In this document: piece by piece, positions 1 through 11,739 of the stretch
Layout of the letters: every line of letters begins with the position of its first letter
Position numbering within the stretch: the first letter of the stretch is position 1
Source of the DNA: Mayamaea pseudoterrestris
Taxonomy: Eukaryota
Reading direction: 5' to 3'
Assembly (NCBI GenBank): GCA_027923505.1
Contig: BROI01000003.1
Span: 1,116,001 to 1,180,000 of the forward strand
Length of the DNA stretch: 64,000 bases
Made by a program: the position numbers and the translations under genes
The notes under the pieces: generated by a model
The model's input: only the letters and a program-made list of their open reading frames with translations
Told to the model about the DNA's origin: nothing
The model's database searches: none

Positions 1-2
1 TA

Positions 3-224
3 GTCACCAGACGTTGCCAATGTCATCAAGTCGGCGCGCACGCCATTGAAATGGCAAAGGACGACGAGAGCGATGGGCAGCAGGAAACATTTCGTGAACA
101 AGCTCATCATGGTGTTGCAGAAGATTCCAAATACTTTATGAAAAACAATGGCTTTCAAAAGACACGAGACGATTTAATGAAGTCTGCAGGGATTGTGAAA
201 GCGAGCGGCAATATTATCTTGTGA
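3..224 (+). CDS. possible 3' end of a gene entering from the left (…MAKDDESDGQQETF…GNIIL*)
   Basis: Frame is open from base 3 to a TGA at 222-224; no recognisable motif. Confidence 0.25.
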   Translation, partial: VTRRCQCHQVGAHAIEMAKDDESDGQQETFREQAHHGVAEDSKYFMKNNGFQKTRDDLMKSAGIVKASGNIIL

Positions 225-477
225 GCTCGATAAGCAGGCAGCAAGTTTCATTTTTGACTCCAGTGAATGAAACCATGCCGAAATGGAGACGTCGTGTGCT
301 TTTCATGATCGAAAGGTTGCACGGAGCGCCAGCTCGGTCGTGTCAAGAATCAATGTAACCAATGAAAATCGGCTACGTAGACTTCCACCATGTGCTCAGT
401 ATCAATTATCAATTTTCATTGGTTAAAAATTGACACTTGATGGAAGCTAGCAATCGTACCAAAATGCTCAAAGTGTC

Positions 478-1787
478 ATGCCTTCCAAAAACTGTTCCAT
501 GCCTGCCGGCAGGAGCAAACATGCGCCAACAGCCTGGCCTTTGGTCATTGATCCTCTTGAAGATGTTATTGATGATATGGAACGACGCATCATCCGCGGA
601 GTAAACGTTGGAGTAAAAAAATGTCCGACGAGTGTGACCGGCAAGCCAAATCCTAGATACCAAAACGTCATCTCCTCGCATCGGGAATGACGACGAAGGT
701 TCGTTCGTCCAATGTTTACTGCCATGGGAAAATGTTCGTTCGCTTCGTCTGCCATTGAAACTACGACAGCATGACTGACTCGTGCAGTCAATCTGGTTGT
801 GTATATGTGTATGGTTGCTGCTGGCTTTGGCATTGCCAATGGTTTACTGCCAAGCCCTGCAACGTTCGATCCAATTTCTTGTGTTCCGCCGACGAGCAGC
901 ATTGGAACATTATCGTCTCATCTTGCCAGCAGCGGCAGCATCTTTGACTTTGATGAACATGACAGCGCGTTGGAGTATCTACTGCTACACCAGACTCACC
1001 AAGCCGCTCCCGCATTCAACGACTGGCCCATGGCGCAAGGCGCAAGTGGCTTTGTTGACATTTTGCAAAAGTCTAATGAGTTCGCCACGTTCCGGTACTT
1101 TTTCGAGCACTCGCTGGACGTACACGACAAAGGAATCCAGCAAAAGATGAAGTAGACGTTGGCCACCACGTGATGAGCATTCCAGAAATCATGAAATACA
1201 TTCGACACGCCACGCAACTATCGTCTCGCCGCGGTATGGCCGATTTGCTGGACCCCCTCCATGATCCGTTCCAACCAAACGAGCCGCCGGAGACAGTATG
1301 GTCTGTTGGTGCTAGCGCACACGCACCATGGCCAAAGTGCATGACGGACGATGTTCTAATGCAATCCAGTGGTCGCGTTACACATTCAGCGATCCAAAGT
1401 CGCGCACCATGCGTTGGAGCAACTCACCAACCGTACACTGACACCACTGGAGGACCGTTAATCGTGATGGAAGGATTTGGAGCCGCACTTGCTACTTGGT
1501 GCGACGGAAACACTCACCGTTCATTGCCCAAGCCGTCAATCCCTTTGAAGTTTACGACGTAATGACGCTTGACACGGAGCATGGCATGATTGTACATCGT
1601 CGTGGCTTTCGCCTTTTCGTTGGCTCTCAAAAAAAAAAGTCGGCGTTCGCGACAAACGAAGCGTTTGGCAAACGATATGCATCCGACGTGCAAAGGAGAC
1701 GACCATCAATGGATCGTTGCAAGCAACGAAAGTCGTAAAAGCATTATTTTTACGGAATTGGGAGCCTTTTGGACGCCGCGAAGCTGA
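478..1787 (+). pseudogene. degenerate ORF of unknown function
   Basis: ORFs 478-690 and 799-1155 share one frame, separated by isolated stops, with a hydrophobic segment (LVVYMCMVAAGFGIA). Further fragments (1170-1562, 1496-1738, 1590-1787) follow by frameshifts. Confidence 0.3.
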
Positions 1788-1991
1788 TTGCAGCTTGCCG
1801 GTGTCATTCTTCGGCCGTGATGTAGGGAGCAAGAATGTCACTAGTACATAAGAATGCGAGTAAATGCAGTTGCTGACGCAAAATAACTTTCGGCTACTTT
1901 GAATATTAATAGTGGCAGTTTCACAAAACCTTCGCCTTTCTTCGCTCACGAAAGACAAGGTTGCACAGCTCGACAACCACTCGTTCTCTAT

Positions 1992-3795
1992 TTAAAGATA
2001 CAAATCCGAATACTCCTTCGTCTTGTCAAGGTAGGCAAACGAGGCTTGAGCACCGTTCAAGTTCCAGGCGCCGTCATAATCCTGGTACTCGAATCGGCGA
2101 CGACGCTTGCCTTCGTACAAGTAGGGACCAATAATGGTTGGATCAGCTGGCTCAATCTGCGTTCCCTCATGCCACTGTAAATGATAAAAGTATATAAAGA
2201 ATGTGAGCAAGAGCAATAGAAGTACCCAAACGCACTATCATTTCCCAAAAGCCATGCACTTACCTCATTGAAGGATGTAATGACAACTGGATTATCGTTT
2301 GCTTTCGCCGCAATCGCCCGACGCCAGAGAATTTCGTAAAGGAAGCCCTCATCTCGCTCACGGTCAATGATTGGCTTGTCGGGGTCACTCAAACGCGTGT
2401 CGTCAAAGCCGGGTGACACTGTGAACCACAACGTCTTGCCCACATTCTTGTAGGCTTGCGCCAGCGTGTTCCAGTCAACTGACGTTTCCTCGGACGCTTC
2501 CGTGCCGTAGTCATGGCCCGAGTCCCACCCACCCTTGATGATGCGGTCCTCCAAGTTGACATCGTGCGCCACAACGAACGGATTATACTTTGGCGTATTG
2601 TGCAACTGGTCCCACACAATCTTCCACTCCACCTGCCTGCCTTCGTCATAGGACCGCGCGGCGAAAAACATCATGACGGGTCGTCCGTTGCGTCGATACA
2701 TGGCGCGATGGCAGCCATACTTGTCAATCAAGTACTTGACGTCGTCGCGCGCCGTGTACGGCGTGCGCGTGCCAACGTTGTTGTTTGATTCGGGATCCTT
2801 GACGTAGCCACCACCGTACGGCTCAATGTAGAAGCCAACCTTGAGTCCGGCGTCGTCGGCGGCGTCCATGATTTGAAAGACGCGCTGGTCCTCCTTGCTA
2901 CCCTGTCCCCACCACGACAATATGAGCGTGCCAATGCCGGCGCGCACCATGTAGGCCATGTGCTGCGCCAACGTTGTTGCGGAACTGGAACTGTACGCGC
3001 CGAGCGTTGGGTAAAAGGGAGACGGCAAGTCCTTGTTGAGGGGGTCGTAGACGCCATTGTTGGGCGAGCGGCCGGCAATGGCCCAGTGGCGGAACTCGCC
3101 GTCCGTGGCAATGTTGGAATACCAGGGATAGTAAAAGGTCTGCAAAAAGGGATTAACAAGGTGAGAGGAACAGTGCATGTAAACAAGATTCAGCTCCAGC
3201 AATCATATATACTCACCTGAATGTTGTCACGCTCCGTCTCCGTTCCGACGCCGCACCGCAAGCCGGTACATCCATTGGCGCATGTCGGCACCACTGGCGG
3301 CGGCGGCGGCGGCAGCACGCACTGGTTGCTGCAGCAGTTGCCGGCGACGGTGCACGCCGCGTTGGCAGCGCCACAAACTTTGGGGCGACACTTTTTGCGC
3401 CCCGTATTCGTCAAGACGCAGGCGAAGCCGTCGCAGCAGGTTCTTGTGGCGCTGCAGCGCTGGCCGCCCAGTTGGCAGCCAGTGGTGGAGGGCGCGGCGC
3501 ATGTTCCTGTGGTCGCAGTGCGGCGATGATGCGAGTCTTCGGCTCCAGCTGCTGCATCTTGATCTTGCTGCTGCTGCTGCTGCACGGCATCAATCAGCAT
3601 GCTGCGACGCGTCTGGTTGTTGGCGCCGCCGTTGGCTTCCGAGTACCACCACGGCACCTCGCCGACGCGTTCGAGCATGGCGTGAAGGTCCACCTGCTGC
3701 TCCCAGCCCTCCTGGTCCAAAGAAACTGCCGCGCGCGTGGAAACGGTCAAGATGAGTGACAGCAGGAGTCGCGCCATGATTCGTTTCGTAGTCAT
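1992..3795 (-). CDS. glycoside hydrolase family 99 (endo-alpha-1,2-mannosidase/mannanase-like) with signal peptide and Cys-rich N-terminal repeats; 3 exons
   Basis: Exons 3795-3217, 3139-2264, 2174-1992; GT-AG introns 3216-3140 and 2263-2175 keep the frame. GH99 motifs FYYPWY, LGAYSS, SWWG, IEPY, PGFDD and ITSFNE|WHEGTQIEP (catalytic ExxE rebuilt across intron 2). Confidence 0.9.
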
Positions 3796-4925
3796 GGTGC
3801 TTGATGAAGAGGTAAGTGAGACTTGTTAGGCAGTGAGATCCAATGCAATGCCAGCCAGTCAAAAACAGAAACCAATGATGCCTGCTTGTCGTTGAACAAA
3901 TAAGATTCTTGCGTGGTGACAAATGAATGAGCGCAGCGGGTTGTGAAGCGATTTGCCAATGTTGTGAATGACTCCATGCCGGATGGATATTCCAAAGATT
4001 GCATAGCGCGCCAGGCCGGTCGTGCCGAACATATTTGAGCCAATCACAGAAAAATTTGATATTATCAATGAATGTGGTATGTCGAAATGACTGTTTATGA
4101 TTCTTTCATTGGATGGAGTAATCGTGCAATGTTGACCTGCTCAATTATTGTGACGCCACTTTATGTGTGTGAGAGTCATTTTCACTGGACAATCAATCGT
4201 TTCCGAATCAACTTGACATTGACCAAAATGTCAAGCGATTGCTCTCGTGGTGAAGCTGTCCGCCTGGCGAGAGTCAATGCATCATTTGCTTATGAATAAG
4301 TGAATGCTGCAGAGCAATAGCGACCACGTTCATTGATATTATGATTAGCATTGGCATTCGTCAGTCCAACGGCAGGATGAGGAGTAACAGTAAAAGCATT
4401 GGCTTTGTCAACCACGGCCTGCATAGAGTTTCAAAGCTTTAAGTTGATTGTCCAGTATTGTCCAGACACCACCGCATCTTTGTTGGAAAGAAATGTTCAG
4501 CATGAGACTGTTATACCCTCCTTTGCTGCCTGCATAGCAGTCGCTTTGTCAACCCGATGGACTCTCAAACAGCATGCTGTACTGGGGCTAAGGGTAGGTT
4601 GTCCAAGGTAGATTCATCATTGTTGAAAAGGAATGCATATCATGAGACTGTAGAGGATTTATACTTTCTGGGCTGCCTCTGTACCGCATGGCCATCGTGC
4701 TACTAATACGTGCTGCTGAAAAGGTTGCTACGTTGGATCGCTCTGTCGCAACACGACTCAATGCGACATTTTTTGTGACGTCGCCGATTTCCAAGCGAGC
4801 GCATCATCGTCCAAGAGATTCGTGCCAATGGGAATCTCTCGAGTTTTCTCTCTTGCAAGGTGCACCATCTCTTTCGTGCGAATCTTGAAACAAATTGACG
4901 ACTCGAGAGATTCTCCTCTACCATC

Positions 4926-6419
4926 ATGACGAGTAAAATAATGCATTCGTCGTCGCCATTAACTTTCTTCGATCGCCCCTTGCTGCATCACTATTATACG
5001 CCGACTCGATCCCTCGGTACTAGTAGTTCACTGTGGTGCCAATCCATCATGTCCGAAGCTTGCAGCAGCAGCCATCCAGTGGCAGTCGTGGCCTCAACTC
5101 TTCCGGCGCTACTCCTCAAGCGAGCCGCCCGTCGACGCGGCGGCAGCGGCAAGAGATTCAAGTCGAGCATCAGTGCTGCTGCTGCTGCTGCTAACATTCC
5201 AACATTTCGACAAGGAACGACGCATTATGCAGCAGTAACCGCTTTCGTTTCTCCCCTGCAGCAGACTCGGTCCTTTGCTGCAGCAACATCCTCAGTGACA
5301 TCGGCAGCGGCTCTTCCACGCAAGGTGAGCAATGCGGAAACGTATCTAGACGTCACGCAGCAACAGGGCTTGCAGCAATTACATCAAGTGCAGCAGCAAA
5401 AACCACTACTGCGCCACATACTGGGAGGAAGCATTGACCGAGTGGCTGCCTTTCCACAAATCGTGGGACACCGGGGCGCGCCCTACTTGGAGCTGGAGAA
5501 TACGCTGCCAGGCTTTACACGTTGCGTCGCGATTGGCTGTCACGCGGTGGAGCTCGACGTCTTTTTGTTGCGCGACGAAAAGTCTACTACTACTGCTAGT
5601 ACTACATCTCATTACAACTTTGACCGCTTGGTCTGTTTTCACGGCGGCGGCGGCGACCAAACGCCCGGAAACTTGAGCCACTACGTGTTGAACTTTGGAC
5701 ACCGCAACGTGCGAGATTTGAGCGTCGCGGAAATACGTCAACTTCGATTCAATCCACATCACGACGAATTTCCGTGTCCTTCCGAGCGTATTCAAAAAGC
5801 CAAGGTGCCGACGTTGGAGGCAGTGTTGGTGGCGCTCAAGGATTCCGGCACGCGCGTGCAAGTCGAACTCAAGGGACACGCCAAGGCGAACGTGCTACAA
5901 CAACAACATGAACAAGATGCAGCATATATCAACACCAACATTGACGTGTTGGAGCCGTGTCTTACACTCGTCGAGAAACTACAAATGATGGATCAGGTGC
6001 GCTTTTCCAGCTTCGACCACGACTTGCTGCGCGCGCTGCACACTATGCAACCAGACGCGATTTTGGGCGCACTTTGGAACGACGTACTGCCAAGCGACTA
6101 CATAAAACAAAGTGTGGACTGCGGCGCGAGGGAAGTGCATTTACGCTACGACACGTGCACGGCCGCTCGCGTGGCCGAGATTCATAGAGCTGGCTTGACC
6201 AGTTTGGCGTGGGTGCGGGGACCCGTGGGCATGCGGCGCGATTTTATGGAGCGCTACAGCAGCAGTAAACAAGGCACCGACGATGACGGAGAAGATGCCG
6301 AATGCTATCGCGCCATACTCAACACGGGCGTGCAGCAGATTTGCTGCAACAAGCCAGACCTGCTCAAGCAAGTGTTGATGGAGCATGGGCGGTACTTTGC
6401 GCCGCGACGAAAAGTGTAG
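4926..6419 (+). CDS. glycerophosphodiester phosphodiesterase (GDPD) with long N-terminal extension (possible organelle targeting; true start may be 5049)
   Basis: IVGHRGA, ENTLPGF, VELDV, PTLEAVL, ELKG, FSSF and C-terminal CCNKPD match the GDPD TIM-barrel motifs. Confidence 0.9.
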   Translation: MTSKIMHSSSPLTFFDRPLLHHYYTPTRSLGTSSSLWCQSIMSEACSSSHPVAVVASTLPALLLKRAARRRGGSGKRFKSSISAAAAAANIPTFRQGTTHYAAVTAFVSPLQQTRSFAAATSSVTSAAALPRKVSNAETYLDVTQQQGLQQLHQVQQQKPLLRHILGGSIDRVAAFPQIVGHRGAPYLELENTLPGFTRCVAIGCHAVELDVFLLRDEKSTTTASTTSHYNFDRLVCFHGGGGDQTPGNLSHYVLNFGHRNVRDLSVAEIRQLRFNPHHDEFPCPSERIQKAKVPTLEAVLVALKDSGTRVQVELKGHAKANVLQQQHEQDAAYINTNIDVLEPCLTLVEKLQMMDQVRFSSFDHDLLRALHTMQPDAILGALWNDVLPSDYIKQSVDCGAREVHLRYDTCTAARVAEIHRAGLTSLAWVRGPVGMRRDFMERYSSSKQGTDDDGEDAECYRAILNTGVQQICCNKPDLLKQVLMEHGRYFAPRRKV

Positions 6420-6511
6420 AGAACAAGAGTAGAGTGACGCCGAAAACATACATTATTTAGAAAAGTACTTGATACATATAAAATTGCACTACATCATGAT
6501 GTATTCTGCTG

Positions 6512-7864
6512 CTAGTTTAACTTGGCTTTTGTTGTCTTCGTCGTCGTTGGCTGTTTCAATCCCTTTTTGATGGCATCATGCCAGCGCTGATGCATCTCCG
6601 GCAAGACTTGCAGCGGCAAGTATTCCGGCGGCAGCACTGTCTCCAATGCGCCATTGTGATCCTTGTCACTCTTGGTGCCGCACGGCCGATTCACAATGAA
6701 GGGTTTGCCATCCTTGGAAGTGAAATCTTCAAAGCAGCCATGCTCCGGAAACAAGTGTTGATGCTGCGGCAGTGCGGCCACGGCCGGATTCACGAAAACT
6801 TTGAGTGAAATGAACAAGTGCTGCGGATTGTAAGGTTCGCCGTTGGGTGCCAGAATGGTCTTGTTGGCCGATTCTTCCGTGGCCCATTGTCGAGCTTGCT
6901 GGGTGAGCTCGTCGTCGTATTTGAAGCCGTATAGTTCGTACTTGCGGATCCACCAAGTATCGGGATGGACCTCCACGTGGTGCCAGCCGCCTGTGTGAGA
7001 ATGGAGTAGGGAGAGATGAGTTTGAGAGAAAGGAAACGTGTGAGCGAGGAATGAAGGGACGATTGCATCCGCGGTTCGTGAAAAGCCAAGTTTCTCCGGC
7101 AACTCGAAATTCGTTAGACACAATAACACCGTCTCTCAATATAGTATTTACATACCCCACCGCGAGCTCGTGACAAAAATGAGCGCCGCCTTGCGCAAGG
7201 TTGAAACGTAGTTGTAGTGAAACGGCACTCCCACATGCTCCAAAAACTCGACGGACCACGCCGCGTCGTACGTTTCGGCCGGCCACCATGGTCCCCGCGC
7301 ATAGTCGTGCTCGACGATCAAATTGGCTGGTAAATGCGACTGCGTCACGGCGTCGTGACTGCCTTCGACGCACAAGACTCTGGCGCCATGCTCCAAGAAC
7401 CAGCGACTCGAGGTGCCGCGGCCGCAGCCCACATCCAGAAACGACTTGACGCCATAATTTAAAATCATGTTGGTCCACAAGTTTGGCGACACGCCGTGTA
7501 GATCCAACTCGGTGAATCCGCCCAAATGCTTGCGGTCGCCCTTGCCGCCGTAGTCCTTGCGGACGCTGTCGACATTGTCTTGTTTGGTGCGAATCGAGGG
7601 AAGATTGGGCGGCGAGCCGGGGGGAACGTTCAAAGGATACAGCAAATGTTGCTGCAACACATCATTGTTGCTCTTGCTAGTACTACTACTTGATGACGCT
7701 AACAGTAAATCACCACTTGACGATCCGTTGCCGCCCCGAAACACCAAGACCAAAAAAATGGCCTGCGCCATCAAGACGTTGGCGAGTATTAGAATGGAAG
7801 TTGCATTGTTGAGCGACTTGACGCGGTTCCAGCAAGAGTTTTGCTTGCCGTTATTAAAGCGCAT
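6512..7864 (-). CDS. type II membrane class I SAM-dependent methyltransferase; 2 exons
   Basis: Exons 7864-7156 and 6990-6512; intron 7155-6991 (GTATGT…CAG) joins SSRWG|GWHHVEVH. N-terminal TM (ILILANVLMAQAIFLVLVF), motif I FLDVGCGRG, WSVEFLEHV. Confidence 0.85.
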
Positions 7865-8328
7865 GGTGATTGAGTAGCTCGAGCAAGTATGAAGAAGTAG
7901 TTCGCGAGCAATTGGAGTGCAGCCTCGTCGGGAGTAGTTTGGATGCATGCAGCAAGGAAATGGCGCGCCCTCGCGCGGTTGGTCATGCGGCTGGTCATTC
8001 TGGAGAGGTATCTTTCGTGCTTGATAATGGATGAACGAATACCGGTGCGAGAGGCATAGACATTGTGACCCAATTGTATGTATGCACGACTCACACGCGT
8101 TGCCGATGACACCCATCACGCATCACACCCCTCACTTCCTTCATGTTTCTGCTTGCTAATATACAACAACGCATTCATTCGCTGGGGACGATTGTGAGGA
8201 GATTTACATGGACTTATCATTGTCTTGCGAAGCCAAACTCTTATCTGTTGGCATTTGAACCGGCCCGCTGGGTGCCACTAAGCAGCGATTTTCACGCCTC
8301 TCACTTCCCCCTTTGCCGACCAACAACC

Positions 8329-9492
8329 ATGCGAGATGTTTCTCATACAAAACTGTACATTTCAATGGTTGTTATATTTCTGCTACTGTTCAATTCGTTC
8401 GTTGTGCTTTCTCCTCGAAGCAAGGGAGCGACACGGAATGAAGGCAGCGTCACGAAACTTGTCGACAACGACGGAAACCGTTCATACACTGAGCAAGACC
8501 CGCTACGAGATAAAGAATCAGCAGCAGCAACAATACATCAAGTCGAAAATACTGCTATAACTAGAATCAATTCATTATGCTCTCGAAAGCAGATACAAAA
8601 TGGGCAATGGCACAAAATTCGGCTTGACAAACCACCCTACGTTCCTCCCAACATTTCCAAGTTTCTGTGCATGCCAATCGATGCCTATCAACAAGACTAT
8701 TTTGATACATACGAATGGAAGCCACTTGGTGAATGCGAGTTTTTGCCGTTTAACGCGACACAGTTTTGCAGTCTACTCGTCAATCAAAGTGTCCTCTTCA
8801 TGGGCGATTCGCTCACGCAGGAGTCCATGTTTTCCTTGGGCGAGTTGCTGCAGCTGAAAACGTCACCCAGCGACTCGTTGGAAATGCCAATCTACAATTT
8901 TTCGTCTGCCTGCCGTAACACTGTTTCGCTGTCCTTTCGCCGCGACGACTTTTTGAATCCAACCAAAGTGGCCTGGGAGCTACACGACAAGCAACCATCC
9001 GTTGCCGTGTTGAATCGCGGCGCGCACTATGTCAATGATGACACGCTACTGCAAGATATGAATGAAACAGTACAGCATGTTAGTAACTGGCAAGAGGATT
9101 GTCGCCAGCGAAACCAGCAGTGCTTGCTGGTATGGCGAACAAGCGTACCGGGCCATCCAAACTGCGCATCCTTTCATGCGCCAAGCACGAACCGTACGCT
9201 CATGGAGCACTTGATTCAAACGTCTCGGCAAGCCAAAAAGTACCATTGGAATGACTTTGACCGTCAAAACCAATTGATTGAAGCAATCTTGCAACAGTCG
9301 AACGTTGAATACGAAATGCTGGACGCCTACGACGTGAACATTTTGCGGCCTGACAATCATCGAGCATCGCTAAAGGACTGCTTGCATAGCTGCATGGGAT
9401 CCAAACTGGATGTTTACGCGCAGTTACTGCTGCATATTTTGCAGAGGAAACGAGCGAATGCAAATGGCGTGGCAAATGATGGAGGGGCTTGA
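8329..9492 (+). CDS. TBL/PC-esterase (SGNH) polysaccharide O-acetyltransferase-like protein, paralogue 1
   Basis: N-terminal TM anchor, Cys…GQW…YEWKP…C…F…FC segment, GDSL, NRGAHY, WRTSVPGHPNC, RPD.H, DCLHSC (DxxH). Confidence 0.85.
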   Translation: MRDVSHTKLYISMVVIFLLLFNSFVVLSPRSKGATRNEGSVTKLVDNDGNRSYTEQDPLRDKESAAATIHQVENTAITRINSLCSRKQIQNGQWHKIRLDKPPYVPPNISKFLCMPIDAYQQDYFDTYEWKPLGECEFLPFNATQFCSLLVNQSVLFMGDSLTQESMFSLGELLQLKTSPSDSLEMPIYNFSSACRNTVSLSFRRDDFLNPTKVAWELHDKQPSVAVLNRGAHYVNDDTLLQDMNETVQHVSNWQEDCRQRNQQCLLVWRTSVPGHPNCASFHAPSTNRTLMEHLIQTSRQAKKYHWNDFDRQNQLIEAILQQSNVEYEMLDAYDVNILRPDNHRASLKDCLHSCMGSKLDVYAQLLLHILQRKRANANGVANDGGA

Positions 9493-9589
9493 TACGCGTT
9501 AATGCAACAACCACATGGCACATGCGGAAACTAGTTGCAGACGCTCGTTTCGACACAACTACCGGTACACCTCTTCGTTGATACAAAGT

Positions 9590-9839
9590 AGTCTTCCCAA
9601 AATGCTAGACATTTTCATTGGGATGACTTTCAGCGCCAAAACCTTTTGATGGAAAGCATTTTGCGCGACGCCTACGTTACCTACGAAATGCTGGGCGACC
9701 CGACGAGCACCAACCCTTGATCAACGACTGTCTGCATAGCTGCATGGGGTCGTCCAAAACGGACACGTTGGTGCAATTGCTGATGCACATTTTGCGACGG
9801 AAACGTGCAAATGAAGTTATAGCGGAGACGAGTGTATGA
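9590..9839 (+). pseudogene. truncated tandem copy of the 3' end of the upstream TBL-like gene
   Basis: Reads FHWDDFQRQNLLMESIL…YEML/RPDEH…DCLHSCMG…LLMHILRRKRAN, matching the end of 8329-9492; an internal deletion shifts the frame and the 5' part is missing. Confidence 0.8.
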
Positions 9840-10175
9840 GTGGAATGAAGCGGTTGAGTTTGTTAATGGACAGACTTACATGGGTTTTAGAAAGGTACAT
9901 ATGATATGATTTATAAGACTGCGTACTGCTTGACTACCAAGACAATCAATTGACAAGTCGTGCCTTTGTCCGAAGCGCTCCTCTCCATTGGCAGGTTCGC
10001 AACTTTTTGCAGGGAATCCTTAGCTAGACGAGTACCAGTGTGAGTCCTAATGACGTCATCATTCACGAACGCCGATTTGTTTTCAACCTCTTGTCGTTCA
10101 CCATGGCAGTCGCCTGTCGTTTGACGCTCTACTGCACACTATAAGATCATTTGACTCTACTGCGATAGCGTCACC

Positions 10176-10862
10176 ATGGGAAAAGGAAAGAACGCCGTTC
10201 GATTCAAGCAAGTCGGCGGATCCAAGTCGGCCGCCATGGTGGATCCTACCGCCTTTTTGCACCAGCCACTCGAGGAGATTCGCCTTCCCGTGCCGCCCGA
10301 TCGGTCGTATCAAATCAAGTGGCCGCTGTCACTTTGGAATAGTAAAAGCAATGACGCAAATAGTATAGACGTTCACGACTACTGGGTCGTCTATCCAAAT
10401 TATTTGGATGCCACCAAGACGGTGGCGCAGGGTCGGCGGATTGCGATAGTCGACGCGGTGTCGCCATCTCCCACCGTCATGGACTTGAGCATGGCGCTGC
10501 AGCGACTGAATATTGACCACATGATTCAACCCCATCGAGGCTACTCGCGCGCGACTAGTGTTTGGGACAATCCGGGACGAATCATGGTATTAAAGAGTAA
10601 ACTAGCTAGCAGCGAAATTGGTAGTAGCAGCAAAATGGCGCTACTCAAAGCATTGGCCAGCATTATACAGACGCAACTTCCAGAGCGAGTGGCGCGACTG
10701 CAGCGCGAGGCGCAGGAGCAGGCGGCTTACGACATGGAGGCGATGGAGTATTTACAAAAACAAGCAGTTGAGAGTGACAAGGCAGTGATAAGCAAGACGA
10801 GTAGTACTGCAACTAGCAGTAGCAGCAAGACGAATAAAAAGGGTAAAAAGGGAAGAAAGTAG
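10176..10862 (+). CDS. SRP19: signal recognition particle 19 kDa protein
   Basis: VVYPNYLDATKTVAQGRRI, HRGYSR…NPGRIMV, SKMALLK and a Lys-rich tail are typical of SRP19. Confidence 0.9.
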   Translation: MGKGKNAVRFKQVGGSKSAAMVDPTAFLHQPLEEIRLPVPPDRSYQIKWPLSLWNSKSNDANSIDVHDYWVVYPNYLDATKTVAQGRRIAIVDAVSPSPTVMDLSMALQRLNIDHMIQPHRGYSRATSVWDNPGRIMVLKSKLASSEIGSSSKMALLKALASIIQTQLPERVARLQREAQEQAAYDMEAMEYLQKQAVESDKAVISKTSSTATSSSSKTNKKGKKGRK

Positions 10863-11283
10863 CGTGTTGCTAGTTGTTACTGCAGCTGCTTGTAATCGCT
10901 TGCTGGAGTTAGTCGCAGAGCAAAAGTCTACGTGCGCTGAGCTATGGCCTTTGTAGCGGGTCGCAAGCCGGCGTTGTATAGAAAGCTATGAATGCTAAAA
11001 AAATGACTGTCTCGCATGATGGAATGCCCAATGATTTGCAGGTTTCGGCCTGCGCGATATGCAAGCGATGGTAGTGATGGCCGAGACGAGGCTTGTGCAG
11101 GCAGGCCAAAGACTACTACCGGTACTTACTTCAGCAGCTATCTACTGCTGCATAAAGCTCATATTCACAGCGTATTCTATTCAGAAAATAATTCATGTGC
11201 TATAGCTGATACTACGTTACAACGTTACAATAATCGGAGCTTCTCTTCAAGCTCCATTTGAACCGCGCTCAAAGTTTCACTGT

Positions 11284-11739
11284 TCAATCACGGTACGTGA
11301 ACGTAATTCTCTGGAAAAAGTGCTTGATGCGGGTTCCAAATCCGGGACGCGCCTCGTTCTTGGCCGCGCCCCACGCATGTTGTCCGCGGTGCTTGGCGTC
11401 CTTGGACTTGCGCTCGGCCTGCTTGCGGGCTTGCTCGCCCTTGGCTTCCAAACGGTCGCGCGCTTGGGACGCCTTTTCCTCGGCCTTGCGCTTGGCGGCG
11501 GCGGCCTTGTCGGCTGCCTTGTGGCCCAAGTCGGAGGAAGCGTCCTTGGTGCGGTCCCAGGTTTCCGAGGCCTTTTCTGTAATGGCATCCTTGGCGTCAA
11601 AGAGGCTGGACTTGGCGTCGGACGCTAGCTTGTTGGCCGAGTGATTCACGGATCCCTTGGTGTCGTCGGAGAACCATCCGCCTTGGACGCTGCTTGTCAG
11701 GCACAGTGAGAGTAGAAGGAGAAAGGAGCGAGTGTACAT
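11284..11739 (-). CDS. secreted LEA-like hydrophilic protein
   Basis: Signal peptide (MYTRSFLLLLSLCLTSSVQG) followed by A/K/D/E-rich helical ~11-mer repeats (EKASETWDRTK, EKASQARDRLE). Confidence 0.65.
   Translation of the reverse strand: MYTRSFLLLLSLCLTSSVQGGWFSDDTKGSVNHSANKLASDAKSSLFDAKDAITEKASETWDRTKDASSDLGHKAADKAAAAKRKAEEKASQARDRLEAKGEQARKQAERKSKDAKHRGQHAWGAAKNEARPGFGTRIKHFFQRITFTYRD

Noticed and set aside
10051..10058. TGACGTCA (CRE-like) palindrome upstream of SRP19, also near 16653
   Set aside because: An 8-mer is expected by chance in 64 kb; no functional evidence.
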